Positions 37,656 to 47,576 are shown, counted from the first letter of the stretch. The stretch is 64,000 bases of DNA from Myxococcota bacterium (GCA_963674735.2 CAXXQS010000002.1:1088001-1152000); one strand, 5' to 3'. The notes: a model not told the origin generated them from the letters alone. A program made the numbers and translations.

Positions 37656-38264
37656 ATGCCCGAACAGCAAGATACGACACTGGTTATTCTGTGCGGCGGC
37701 CGCGCCGCCCGGCTGGAGGGTCGTCCGAAAGGTCTGATCGAAATCGGCGGCACGAGCATCATCGAGCGTCAGTTCGCGGCGCTCGAACCGCTGGTTCAGG
37801 CCACGTTGATCATCACCAACGACCCGGCGGCCTATGCCCATCTGGGCCGCGATTGTCTGTGCGATACGGTGGCCGGACTCGGACCCATCGGCGGCTTGCT
37901 CACGGCGCTGGGCCATATCGAAACGCCCCAACTGCTGCTGGTCGCCTGCGACATGCCGTTTGTCTCTCCGAATCTCGCGGCTCACCTGCTGGCCGTGCAC
38001 CCGGAGGCGGCCATGGTCATTTGCGAGCTTGGTGGCCGCCCCGAACCCATGCTGTGCCGAGTGGCCCATCGCACCCTCGACGCGCTGCGCAGCCAAGTGC
38101 GGGCCGGTCATTACAAGATGGCGGATTTCTTTCGCGCCGTCGACGCCCAGGTGGTGCCGGAAACGCGCATCAAACGGCTCGATCCCAGTTTGCGAAGCTT
38201 CGTCAATATCAATACGCCAGGTGACGTGCAGCACTGGCAGAGACTGACCGATCCGGACGACTGA
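37656..38264 (+). CDS. mobA: Molybdenum cofactor guanylyltransferase
   Basis: ILCGG..RL..PK, GPIGG, ACDMPF, NINTP. Confidence 0.9.
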   Translation: MPEQQDTTLVILCGGRAARLEGRPKGLIEIGGTSIIERQFAALEPLVQATLIITNDPAAYAHLGRDCLCDTVAGLGPIGGLLTALGHIETPQLLLVACDMPFVSPNLAAHLLAVHPEAAMVICELGGRPEPMLCRVAHRTLDALRSQVRAGHYKMADFFRAVDAQVVPETRIKRLDPSLRSFVNINTPGDVQHWQRLTDPDD

Positions 38265-38286
38265 TCCCGATCCTTTTCGAATGGAT

Positions 38287-38322
38287 GGCGGGCGGCGATT
38301 CTTTCGCCGCTCGTTTTTTTTT
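38287..38322 (+). terminator. Intrinsic terminator
   Basis: GGCGGGCGGCGA..TCGCCGCTCG followed by T9. Confidence 0.75.
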
Positions 38323-38338
38323 GTGGAAAGGGTCGCCC

Positions 38339-39193
38339 TTAGTGCGACAGATTCAGAAGCAGGGTGCGCAGAATTTTAGCGGCGGTAACGCTGGAGACCC
38401 CGCTGCCATCCAGACCCGGCGACAGCTCGACCACGTCAGCGGCCACGATGTCGGCGTGGGTCAGTTCGCGCAGCAGATCGTCGAGTTCACGGAAGCTCAA
38501 GCCGCCCGGCTCCGGCGTTCCGGTTCCGGGCAACACCGACGGATCCAGCACGTCCAGATCCAGCGTCAGATAAACCGGACGACCTCGAAGCTGTTCAACC
38601 AGCGCGGCTGCCGCCTCCCGCGTCGCCGGACGCAGCGTGTCGTGGGCGCGCATGAAGCGCCATTCGTCCCGCGTACCGGAGCGAATGCCGAATTGGAACA
38701 GTCGCTCGGGGGCCAAGCTTTCGAGCGCCCGGCGAATCACGCAGGCGTGCGACAATTCGACGCCCAGATAATCCTCACGCAGATCGGCATGGGCATCCAG
38801 ATGCAGCAGGCAAAGATCGGGGTGATGCGCGGCCGCCGCCTCGATGGCCGGCAAGGAAACGGTGTGTTCGCCGCCCAGCAGAAGCGGTTTCAAGCCGCGC
38901 GCCCAGGCGGTGTCGATCGCCTCGCGGATACAGCCGAGGGCCAGGGCCGTGTCGCCGATGGGTAATGTGATATCGCCCAGATCGACGAAGCCGGTTTCGT
39001 CCAGGCTGCGATCGCTGATGGGGCAGTATTCTTCGACGGCTTGAGAGGCCAGACGCAGGGCCACCGTCCCCTCCCGCGATCCGGCGCGATAGCTGGAGGT
39101 CGCGTCGAAAGGCGCGCCGACCAGCGCCCAGGCACCTTCGGAAGATTCTTCGGCCGCACTCAGAAACGGCTGTACCGGAATCCAGTCGACCAT
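38339..39193 (-). CDS. speB: Agmatinase / ureohydrolase
   Basis: GGEHTVS, DAHADL, GIRS, DLDVLDP..PGTGTPEPGG, ELSP. Confidence 0.93.
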   Translation of the reverse strand: MVDWIPVQPFLSAAEESSEGAWALVGAPFDATSSYRAGSREGTVALRLASQAVEEYCPISDRSLDETGFVDLGDITLPIGDTALALGCIREAIDTAWARGLKPLLLGGEHTVSLPAIEAAAAHHPDLCLLHLDAHADLREDYLGVELSHACVIRRALESLAPERLFQFGIRSGTRDEWRFMRAHDTLRPATREAAAALVEQLRGRPVYLTLDLDVLDPSVLPGTGTPEPGGLSFRELDDLLRELTHADIVAADVVELSPGLDGSGVSSVTAAKILRTLLLNLSH

Positions 39194-39207
39194 GGAACAG
39201 CCCTCCG

Positions 39208-40038
39208 TTACAGGCGCATGTTTTTAGGAAGCATAAACGCGCCCCGTTGCAGATCGGGGTGGTAATAGCGCAAACCCTCCATGCGATTTGCGCGGTCGAG
39301 ATCGAACGCACGCCAGGGGTCGCGGTCGTCGGACGCAAAACCGAAGCTCCAGAATCCGCTTGGATACATGGGAACGGCGGAAGCGTAAGCGTGTACTTCG
39401 CCGAAGACTTGGCGCAGCTCCGTAAAGGGCCGTCGCCAGGTTGATTCCTGGTAAAAAATCGATTCGGTCTGTTGCACGAAAATACCGCCCGGCTTGAGGG
39501 CAGTTTTTACATTTCGGTAAAACGGTTCGCGGAACAAGCCTTCGGCAAAACCGATCGGGTCGGTGGAATCGACGATGATGACGTCGAAAGCGGCCGGATG
39601 TTCCTTGATATAGCCGATTCCGTCCCCCACGAAAACTTCCGCCCGGGGATGCTCGAAACCGACGGCCGTAAAGGGCAGATGCTCTTTCGACAGCCGGATC
39701 ACCATCTCGTCGATCTCGCATAACACCGCCCGCTGCACGCCCGGGTGACGCGTCACTTCGCGCAGGGTGCCGCCGTCGCCGCCGCCGATCACCAACACCT
39801 GCTTGGGATCGGGATGGGCAAACAGCGCGGGATGCACCAGCATTTCGTGATAGGTGAACTCGTGCCGCTCGGTGAGCATGACGAAACCGTCGAGCGTCAT
39901 CACCCGACCCAGGTAGGCGTTGTCGAAAATCTCGCAGGTCTGATACGGCGAGGTCTCGTGGGCGATTTCGCGATCGACGCGAATCGTCATTCCATAGGCG
40001 TTCTCATTCAATTCGGAATACCAGCGAGGCTCGCTCAT
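39208..40038 (-). CDS. speE: Polyamine aminopropyltransferase
   Basis: LDG, YHEMLVH, IGGGDGG, EID, IIVDSTDP. Confidence 0.95.
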   Translation of the reverse strand: MSEPRWYSELNENAYGMTIRVDREIAHETSPYQTCEIFDNAYLGRVMTLDGFVMLTERHEFTYHEMLVHPALFAHPDPKQVLVIGGGDGGTLREVTRHPGVQRAVLCEIDEMVIRLSKEHLPFTAVGFEHPRAEVFVGDGIGYIKEHPAAFDVIIVDSTDPIGFAEGLFREPFYRNVKTALKPGGIFVQQTESIFYQESTWRRPFTELRQVFGEVHAYASAVPMYPSGFWSFGFASDDRDPWRAFDLDRANRMEGLRYYHPDLQRGAFMLPKNMRL

Positions 40039-40067
40039 ATCGACTCGGTCCTTTCTTCTGCGACGTG

Positions 40068-40553
40068 TCAGGCTTCCAGCAGCGATTCGGGATACAACAC
40101 CACTCCGGCAAACGCCACCCCGACGGACGCCACTTCGTGCTCCGTGCTGATCGAGACGACCCGTTCCACCTCGAAACCGCGAACCCGCATCGCTTCCTCG
40201 GCCATGGAACGGACGATCCGCTCGACATCCTCGGCATGACCGCGCGCGCTGTATTCCATAATCACGCCCGGCAGAGTCGGATCTTTCGGCACCGCCACCG
40301 CCACCGCCGCCGCCACGATCTCCTGCGGCGTCGTCGAATGAATCGATCCATAGGCGATGGGCGTGTAGGAACCGTAAGGCAACGGACGGATATCGCTCTG
40401 CACCGTGTGCGGCGGCAAGATGGACGACAACCGGATCAGGTTGACGTTCCCCACCCCGGCATCCAGCAGGGCATTGTCGAAAGCGTTGAGCGGAGTATAC
40501 CCCTCCGCGTGTCCGGCACATAAAAAGAAATGCGTCGGTTTAAGATGCAACAT
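40068..40553 (-). CDS. pdaD: Pyruvoyl-dependent arginine decarboxylase
   Basis: LNAFDNALLDAGVG.VNLIRLSSILP with SS cleavage site; GVIMEY. Confidence 0.88.
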   Translation of the reverse strand: MLHLKPTHFFLCAGHAEGYTPLNAFDNALLDAGVGNVNLIRLSSILPPHTVQSDIRPLPYGSYTPIAYGSIHSTTPQEIVAAAVAVAVPKDPTLPGVIMEYSARGHAEDVERIVRSMAEEAMRVRGFEVERVVSISTEHEVASVGVAFAGVVLYPESLLEA

Positions 40554-40586
40554 CCCTTTTTCACTCCATTTTTTAAGGCGGATGCG

Positions 40587-40982
40587 TCAGTCGGCCTCTT
40601 CCGGCTTGAACGGCAGATCATCGCCGCCCAGCATGGGAAATAGACCGCGCTTTAGCTCGGTTTGCGAGGAGCGCTCGGATTTGAACACTTTACGCAGATG
40701 ATGAAACGCCAGCCAGGGGTCGACGTTCGTTCCGCAGGTGAACAAATCGAGCGCGGCATATCGATATTCTGGCCACGTATGAATGGAAAGGTGAGATTCC
40801 GCTATAACGACGGCGCCGGAAACCCCGTGAGGCGAGAATGTGTGAAAGACGTCGCCGACGATCGTCGCACCGGCGATTTCCGCTGCTCGCAGCATTTCCC
40901 GGCTAACGAATTCCTGATCGTTTAGAAGGATCGGGTCACAGTCATACATCTCGACCAGAATGTGTCGTCCCAATTCTTTCAA
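40587..40982 (-). CDS. speD: S-adenosylmethionine decarboxylase proenzyme
   Basis: [28 protein letters not shown]; TTG start after GGAGGA. Confidence 0.95.
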   Translation of the reverse strand: MKELGRHILVEMYDCDPILLNDQEFVSREMLRAAEIAGATIVGDVFHTFSPHGVSGAVVIAESHLSIHTWPEYRYAALDLFTCGTNVDPWLAFHHLRKVFKSERSSQTELKRGLFPMLGGDDLPFKPEEAD

Positions 40983-41096
40983 CGCATGTCCTCCCAGGAG
41001 CAAAAGGGGGGCCTGTGTCGCCAAGGCCGGTTGCACCCCAGTCAACACCAACCCGCCTCTCCGGCCGGAAGGGATCAGAGAAGGCGGTAAGGCGTG

Positions 41097-41124
41097 ATTA
41101 TAAGATCAAGGGGGGGGTTGTCAA
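41097..41124 (-). promoter_or_regulatory. Consensus sigma70 promoter of spe operon
   Basis: TTGACA-N16-TATAAT, AT-rich upstream, C8 tract in spacer. Confidence 0.8.
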
Positions 41125-41225
41125 GAAAAAAATATCGGAAAAGATTAATGGTTTCTACGGGGTTGCACAAGATTCACACCCTAAAAAAAACGGGAGTATG
41201 TGGGGGAAAATCACCGTTTTTTCGT

Positions 41226-42092
41226 TTACCGATCCGAGAGAATCACCTCGTCGCTGATGCCGGACAAGCGGATGGCGCGACACATTTCATGGATATCGAA
41301 ATCGGTTTCCGTCCAGCGGCGAATCGCTTCGAGCGCCTGGTAAACCAGCGGTGTGACACCATTGAAAGCCCGAAAGTGATGTTCATGCGCCCAGCGCAGC
41401 AGGGGCGGACGCCGATGCCGATAGTCCAGATCGATGAAAACCGGTTTCTTCCAGCCCTGCTCCACCCCTTCCACCGGCAGAGGCGTACCGGGCGGAACAC
41501 AGTTGACCCACAGATCGCAAACACGCGCCAGGGCTTCCACCGAACCCGGGTGATCGTCGCGAGCCTCTAGCTCGATATCGGGGAAATGAATGCGCAGATC
41601 ATGGGCGACCCGCGTGGCGCGTTCCTGCGTGCGATTCAACAAAACCAGGCGACCGATCCCGGCATTTAAAAGAGCGTAACTCACCGAGCGGGCCACCCCG
41701 CCCGCACCATGGACAATGGCCGTCATGCCGGATACGCTCTGGGGCATCATCTCTTCGACCGCCAAACCGAACGCGCGGGCATCGGTGTTGTAGGCAGCCA
41801 CGCCTCCGTCTTCCGGGATCAACACATTGGCTGCGCCAATGATGGTGACATAATGACCGACCTTATCGACGTAGCTAAGGATTTCTTCCTTGTAGGGGAT
41901 GGTGACGTTCAACCCGGCCAGTTCCCCGGTGCGCAGCCGCCGAATCATCTCGGGCAAATCCTTACGCTCGGTTTCGTAAAGCTTGTATTCGAACGGAAGG
42001 CCCAGGCGTTCGTAAACGAAGTTGTGGATAAGAGGAGAAAAAGACTGGCCGATGGGCTTTCCCACGAGGCCCACTTGCTTGCGTGTGTGCAT
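41226..42092 (-). CDS. aroE: Shikimate dehydrogenase
   Basis: SFSPLIHN, GLNVTIPYKE, NTD, GAGGVA. Confidence 0.9.
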   Translation of the reverse strand: MHTRKQVGLVGKPIGQSFSPLIHNFVYERLGLPFEYKLYETERKDLPEMIRRLRTGELAGLNVTIPYKEEILSYVDKVGHYVTIIGAANVLIPEDGGVAAYNTDARAFGLAVEEMMPQSVSGMTAIVHGAGGVARSVSYALLNAGIGRLVLLNRTQERATRVAHDLRIHFPDIELEARDDHPGSVEALARVCDLWVNCVPPGTPLPVEGVEQGWKKPVFIDLDYRHRRPPLLRWAHEHHFRAFNGVTPLVYQALEAIRRWTETDFDIHEMCRAIRLSGISDEVILSDR

Positions 42093-42210
42093 CCCGATAC
42101 TCCTTGCAAGCCGCCGATCATCGCAGCCGCCTATGGCGGGGAGTGTACGAAACCCACGATGGTGGGTCAAGAAAAAGGGAGCCGCCATTCAAACAAACCG
42201 GTAGCCGTGT

Positions 42211-45200
42211 TCAAGGTGCGTGGGTCAATCGCAGTAAAAAGAGATCGGGGTCGCCCTGGCTGTAATGCGCCGGACCGTCCGGATCGAAATCGATCTGACC
42301 GTTGAAGAAGCCCCCCACCCATACGGCGGTCGACCCATCGGCGGCCAGTCCGCTCGCGACCTGATCTCCGGTTGAACCATAGGCGATCGACCACACATGA
42401 CTACCGCTGCCGGTGTAGCGCATCACATAAACATCCTGCGCCCCGGCGCTGCTGAATGCCTCGCCGCCGAAACTCACGTCGTTTCCCTGAAATGTTCCGG
42501 CCGCGATCGGATAACCGAGGGTGTCGCACGCCAACGCACGACCGAAATCGTTCCCGCTTCCGCCGAAACGTTCGGACCACAAATAGGAGCCGTCGAAATC
42601 GAGCTTGACTAAATAGATATCATAGCCCCCACCGCTTGTGAGCGTATGGGTGGCATCGAGTTGCAGGTCGCTTTCAAACGAACCCGTCATCCAAAGCTTT
42701 CCCTGCGGGTCTGCAACCAACGCCGACAATTCCTGGTCCTGCTCGTCCCCGTAGCGCTTCGACCAGATTTTCGCTCCGTTGTTGGCATTGAGTTTGGCGA
42801 CGAACGCATCGTAGTACCCGGCGCTGGTTAACGGTTCCGCCCCGAAATCGATGGTCCCCGAAAAATAGCCGCCCACGTATACATACATGTTCGTCACCGT
42901 ACTCAAAGCGGTTCCCGCCTGATAGACGGCCGAATCCCCGTAGCGTTTCGACCATTGATGAACACCATTGTTGTTGAACTTGGCGACGTAAATATCACTG
43001 CCGCCGGAGCTGGTCAGGGTGTCACCTCCGAAGTCCACGTTTCCCTTGAAATCGCCGGTGATGTAAACGCTGTCGCTGCTGTCGCAGGCCAGATCGTTGA
43101 GATACTGCCAGTCGCTGTCGCCGAAGCGGTCCGACCAGACATGCACACCGGCCGCCGTGAATTTGGCCACATAGATGTCGGTTCCACCCGATGCTGTCAA
43201 CGCATCGCCGGGGTCGCCGCCGAAGTTGACGCTACCGGCGAAAACCCCGCCGATCAGCACCCCGCCGTTTTCATCCACCGCCACCGCCAGGCCATCCTGG
43301 CGCGAGCCGTCGCCGAAGCGTTTGGCCCAGTCGACCGTGCCGTTTTGCAAAACCTTGATCAGAATGATGTCGCCCAGGCCCTGGCTGGTGTAGGTGCTCC
43401 CGCCGATACTCAGGCTGCCGTAGAAATCGCCGATCAGGTAGCTGTTGCCGGAGGCATCCACCGCGACGTCGCGGGCGAATTGATTGCTGGAGGAACCGCC
43501 GAAAGCCGCCGACCCATCGTAGTAGGGCGGGTCGCCGGGATCGGCCTCGTCGAGGTCGCCGTCGGTTTCGCCTTCGGCATCGCCGTCGATCAGGCAAGCC
43601 CCGTCGCTGTCGACGTTCGTGCCTGCGGCCTGCGCGACGCATTCGTTGGGATAGGTGACACCATCGCAACCGCACACCGGCATGTAAATGGCCGGACAAT
43701 CCGAGGGTTCCGGATAGCACACGCCGTCGCCATCGCAATCGCCGGGACTCTTGAGGCAGAAATAATCCGTATCGCAATCCCCGTTGTCGCTGCAATCGCT
43801 GGTCACCGGACAAGCGCCCAGCGCCGCCACACTCGTACTGTAAGAGGCCGCCACGCAGTCGTTGACGTAGGTTTCGCCGTCACAGCCGCACACCGGCAGA
43901 TAAATCAGCGGGCAGTCCTCGGGAATGGACGTGCACAGGCCGTCCGCCGCACAATCGCCGGGAGCCTTCGCACAAAAGCGCCCGCCGCTGCAATCGTCAT
44001 TTTCGCTGCAATCGCTTTCCGGCACGCAAACGCCCTCGCTCGCCACATTGATCCGCGCGCGCGCCGCCAGGCAAGCGTTGTCATAGGTGATGCCGTCGCA
44101 ACCGCACACCGGATCGTAAACCGACCGGCACAGCAGGGGCGGCTCTTCGCACATCCCATCGCCATCGCAATCGCCCGGTTCCTTCAGGCAGTAACTCGAT
44201 CCGGCGCAGTCGCCGTCGTCGCTGCAGTCGGAAACCGGTTCGCAGGCCCCCTCCCCCGCAACGTTCACGCCATTGGCACTCGCATCGCAGTCGTTGGCAT
44301 AGGTGATGCCGTCGCAACCGCAGACCGGCGACCAGACATCGGGACAGGCGTCGGGCCGGTTGGTGCAGATGCCTTCGCCGTCGCAGTCGCCCGGTCCCTT
44401 CATGCAATAGCGCGCATCGGTGCAATCGCTGTCATCCATGCAATCGTAGTCCGGCTCGCAGGCATAAGCATAATCCACCGCGACCCCTTCTCGTGCGGCG
44501 ACGCATTCGCTGTCGTAGGTTTCACCGTCGCAGCCGCACACCGGCGCCCAGACGGCCGGACAGCGAACGGGCCGATCGACACATAACCCCATTTCCGAGC
44601 ATTCGCCGGGCATCTTCAAACAGTAGCGACTCTCCTCGCAGTCGTCGTTATCCGTGCAGTCGGCGGCGTGGTCGCAGGTTCCCATGGACTGCAGGCTGGC
44701 TCCGTTGCCGGCGGCGACACACTGATTGGCATAGCTGACGCCGTCACAGCCGCACACCGGATAATAAATGTCGGGACAAGCCTCCGGACGCTCCACACAA
44801 ATACCCGTAATCTCGCACTGTCCCGGCATCTTGACGCAGAACTGAACGGCGGCGCAATCGTCGTTGTCGGTGCAGTCGCTCTCGATTTCGCACACCCCTT
44901 CGGAAAAGATACTCTGCCCTTCCCTCATTGCCTGGCAACTGCTGTCGTAAGTGCGAAAATCGCATCCGCACACCGGATCGTAGAAATCCAGGCAGATGTC
45001 CGGCCGTTCCTGGCAAGTTCCCTCACCCCCGCAAGAACCGGACGGGCGGGCGCAGTATTCGTCGCTTGCGCAGTCGTCGTTTGTGTCGCAGCTTTCCGTC
45101 GAGCGACAATCCCCGACGTAGTCAAGCGTGATGCGGGCGGCCTGAGCGAAACAGCTATTGGAATACGTTTCACCGTCACAGCCGCACACAGGGCTCCATA

Positions 45201-45429
45201 ATTCCGGGCAGGCCTCCGGCAGCGACTCGCAAACGCCTTCCGCCGCCTCGTCACACTGGCCGAGGGCCTTGGCGCAAAATGCGTCCGCTCCACAATCGTC
45301 ATGGTTCGTACAGGTTCCGGTGCCGAGGCACTCCTCGCAGTCTTCCGGATCGCAGGCCGCCAGTAGCAGCACGAAACACAAAACGATACCCCATTCGAAA
45401 CCACGCATTCGGCGCGTTGCACGCATCAT
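42211..45429 (-). CDS. Lipoprotein with eight Kazal-type repeats and C-terminal beta-propeller
   Basis: LAAC lipobox, 8x PVCGCDx.(T/S)Y...C.A, then repeats VAVD..GN.Y..G.F..DI...K...G...W. Confidence 0.85.
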   Translation of the reverse strand: MMRATRRMRGFEWGIVLCFVLLLAACDPEDCEECLGTGTCTNHDDCGADAFCAKALGQCDEAAEGVCESLPEACPELWSPVCGCDGETYSNSCFAQAARITLDYVGDCRSTESCDTNDDCASDEYCARPSGSCGGEGTCQERPDICLDFYDPVCGCDFRTYDSSCQAMREGQSIFSEGVCEIESDCTDNDDCAAVQFCVKMPGQCEITGICVERPEACPDIYYPVCGCDGVSYANQCVAAGNGASLQSMGTCDHAADCTDNDDCEESRYCLKMPGECSEMGLCVDRPVRCPAVWAPVCGCDGETYDSECVAAREGVAVDYAYACEPDYDCMDDSDCTDARYCMKGPGDCDGEGICTNRPDACPDVWSPVCGCDGITYANDCDASANGVNVAGEGACEPVSDCSDDGDCAGSSYCLKEPGDCDGDGMCEEPPLLCRSVYDPVCGCDGITYDNACLAARARINVASEGVCVPESDCSENDDCSGGRFCAKAPGDCAADGLCTSIPEDCPLIYLPVCGCDGETYVNDCVAASYSTSVAALGACPVTSDCSDNGDCDTDYFCLKSPGDCDGDGVCYPEPSDCPAIYMPVCGCDGVTYPNECVAQAAGTNVDSDGACLIDGDAEGETDGDLDEADPGDPPYYDGSAAFGGSSSNQFARDVAVDASGNSYLIGDFYGSLSIGGSTYTSQGLGDIILIKVLQNGTVDWAKRFGDGSRQDGLAVAVDENGGVLIGGVFAGSVNFGGDPGDALTASGGTDIYVAKFTAAGVHVWSDRFGDSDWQYLNDLACDSSDSVYITGDFKGNVDFGGDTLTSSGGSDIYVAKFNNNGVHQWSKRYGDSAVYQAGTALSTVTNMYVYVGGYFSGTIDFGAEPLTSAGYYDAFVAKLNANNGAKIWSKRYGDEQDQELSALVADPQGKLWMTGSFESDLQLDATHTLTSGGGYDIYLVKLDFDGSYLWSERFGGSGNDFGRALACDTLGYPIAAGTFQGNDVSFGGEAFSSAGAQDVYVMRYTGSGSHVWSIAYGSTGDQVASGLAADGSTAVWVGGFFNGQIDFDPDGPAHYSQGDPDLFLLRLTHAP

Positions 45430-45488
45430 CCTTACCTCCCAAACACGACTTGTGGACGGATGGTTCTCTTTAACTATGAGTGTGGGAT

Positions 45489-45517
45489 ATTGTAGCTTGC
45501 CATCGGCGGATGGTCAA
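45489..45517 (-). promoter_or_regulatory. Sigma70-type promoter of Kazal gene
   Basis: TTGACC-N17-TACAAT. Confidence 0.55.
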
Positions 45518-45573
45518 CGCCCAAAGCGCGGCAAAAAAAGTTTACCGCAAAAAACGGAGGGATATCGACTCAA

Positions 45574-46602
45574 TCAAAGCTTGGAGGGATCGGGCAGCGG
45601 GATCACCGCATCGGCGTCGGGATCGGGATCGGGATCGACTTTCTGCAAGCCCAGCTCCGAGCGCAGCCGGTCGCGTTCGGCTTCGATGGGAGCATTCTTT
45701 TCTTTCTTCTCGGCCTGCTCGGCTTTCCAGTCGCGCTCATGCTCATCGATGGCACGCAGCGTGGCGTCGAGCTCGGCGGTCTTTTCGTGTTTCGGGTGGA
45801 CGACCGCCAGCCAGCGCCAGACGGCGCGGGCGCGTTTGTACATATGCGCCTCGGTATAGGATTCGGCCAGCATTTCCACCAGTTCCCGATCGCGGACCGT
45901 GTCGGGATACTTGCTGAACGCGCCCTCCAAGCGCCACACGGCTCCGCGCGGGCTGTCGTTTTTCAGATTGTAGCGTGCCGCATAAACTTCGCGATCGATC
46001 AAACGGCGCAAAGTTTCGGCCGTCCGTTTTTTGGAGAGATAGATCATGGAGCGAACCTGGCCGTAATGCCGTCCTTCGCAGATTCCGATGGTTTCCGGCC
46101 TGTAGGTCTTCGGGTAGTAGTAATCTTCGGCCCGTTCCATCCGAATCAGGCGGTTGTACTCGCGGACGGCTTTCTCGGTGAGCACCTGGTCGCGCTCGTA
46201 CACCGGCGGCATAAACCACCAGTCTTCGGGCAGCTGCTCCAAAAAGGCATCGCCCGTACGAAATTGCGCATAGGGATTGCAGGGGTGGGTGGGGTGACGC
46301 CGACGAAAACGGCGGTAGTTGTCGATCGCCTCGGGAAACATATCCCGCCGGTAATAGGTGTCGGCAATCAGCAGCTCGCTCATCGGCGCATACATGGAAT
46401 AGGCGTACTTGGTTTTGACCAACCCGAAGTATTTTTCGGCGATTTCGTAGTTCTCGTCCGCCATGAACCGCAGGCCTTCCTGATAGTTCAAACTGGCCGA
46501 CTCCGGGTAATCCCGGCCTTTGAGTTCCACGAAACTGGCGCAGCCGGCGAACCAGACGGCCACCAGCCCTATCGCCGACAGTTGGATGATCAAACGCAAC
46601 AT
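45574..46602 (-). CDS. bamD: Outer membrane assembly lipoprotein BamD
   Basis: FAGC lipobox, TPRs, F.R.HP.HP, ERDQ, E.Y.ARY..K..A..R. Confidence 0.85.
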   Translation of the reverse strand: MLRLIIQLSAIGLVAVWFAGCASFVELKGRDYPESASLNYQEGLRFMADENYEIAEKYFGLVKTKYAYSMYAPMSELLIADTYYRRDMFPEAIDNYRRFRRRHPTHPCNPYAQFRTGDAFLEQLPEDWWFMPPVYERDQVLTEKAVREYNRLIRMERAEDYYYPKTYRPETIGICEGRHYGQVRSMIYLSKKRTAETLRRLIDREVYAARYNLKNDSPRGAVWRLEGAFSKYPDTVRDRELVEMLAESYTEAHMYKRARAVWRWLAVVHPKHEKTAELDATLRAIDEHERDWKAEQAEKKEKNAPIEAERDRLRSELGLQKVDPDPDPDADAVIPLPDPSKL

Positions 46603-46642
46603 CAACACCTCGCTTTACCCGACACCCATCAAATGGAGGCGT

Positions 46643-46671
46643 ATGATACCCCGTCCGGTCGACGGGGTCAA
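46643..46671 (-). promoter_or_regulatory. Sigma70-type promoter of bamD with overlapping inverted repeat
   Basis: TTGACC-N17-TATCAT; ACCCCGTC-N5-GACGGGGT. Confidence 0.5.
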
Positions 46672-46787
46672 TTCCCGATACGATTTCGTTCAACTCTAGG
46701 CCGATACAGGGAAAAACGTGGCCAGCGTTTCCGCCTTACGGCCAGGCCGACACATCGGGCGAGCCAGGCGGACCCGTTGTAAGACAA

Positions 46788-47576
46788 TCAGATCGCGCCC
46801 AGTGAGCGTTCCGGGACAAAGCCATTCAAGCCGTTTTCGAGCCAGACCTGCTGCCAGTCTTCCACTCGCTCGCCCAGGCGAACTTTGAGCCCCTCATGCA
46901 CGCTGAATTCCGATTCGAAATTGAGGTTGGGTCCCTTGCGCACCGGCTGTTCGCGCTCCACCACAACGGCGTAACGGCGTGTTTCGTAGCCGTAGCCTTT
47001 CATGGCCGTCAGGCCGCCTACGACCAGCGCAAGAAGCAACACACCCGCCAAGGTCAACGACAAGGCGAAGCGGGCACGTTCGCCATGGGCGAAGCGGCGC
47101 ATGAAAAACACAAGGCATAACAAAATGTTGGCTATTGTCAAAACGATCGCGAGGCCATCGAGGGAGGCGCTTTCCATCAAGCCGTCCAAGCTCGCCCCGC
47201 TTTGCTGATCCGCCGTGGATTGGACGATCACCTGATCCTGCTGTTTTTCCAGCGCACGGGCGAGATTTTCGCGGCAATCGGCGCAATCGGCATCGATGGC
47301 CAGCGCCCGCTCCAGATACAGCACGGCATAACCGAGCTTTCCGGCCAGCAGCGCCGTCGTTCCGGCGTTATACAGCAAATCCGGATCGCGGGGAGTTCGG
47401 GCCAATAGCGCTTCGAAACCGTCGAGGGCGGCCGTCGTCTCCCCTTTTAGCGCTTGCTCGTAAGCATTTTTGAATGCCGTGGCCGGTTCTTCAGCTTTCA
47501 GCGACCCGCCTATCAGAACCGACACAAGCGCAAATAGCACAAAAAGCTTTGTTATTTTAGTGAGTTGACTTTTCAT
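46788..47576 (-). CDS. batE: BatE-like TPR + SH3 protein
   Basis: YNAG..G.AVLYLERAL, two TMs, VHEGLKV..W SH3b. Confidence 0.8.
   Translation of the reverse strand: MKSQLTKITKLFVLFALVSVLIGGSLKAEEPATAFKNAYEQALKGETTAALDGFEALLARTPRDPDLLYNAGTTALLAGKLGYAVLYLERALAIDADCADCRENLARALEKQQDQVIVQSTADQQSGASLDGLMESASLDGLAIVLTIANILLCLVFFMRRFAHGERARFALSLTLAGVLLLALVVGGLTAMKGYGYETRRYAVVVEREQPVRKGPNLNFESEFSVHEGLKVRLGERVEDWQQVWLENGLNGFVPERSLGAI

Noticed and set aside
40979-40987. Mini uORF ATG-CGT-TGA overlapping the speD TTG
   Set aside because: ATG is only 1 nt from the RBS, so initiation is unlikely
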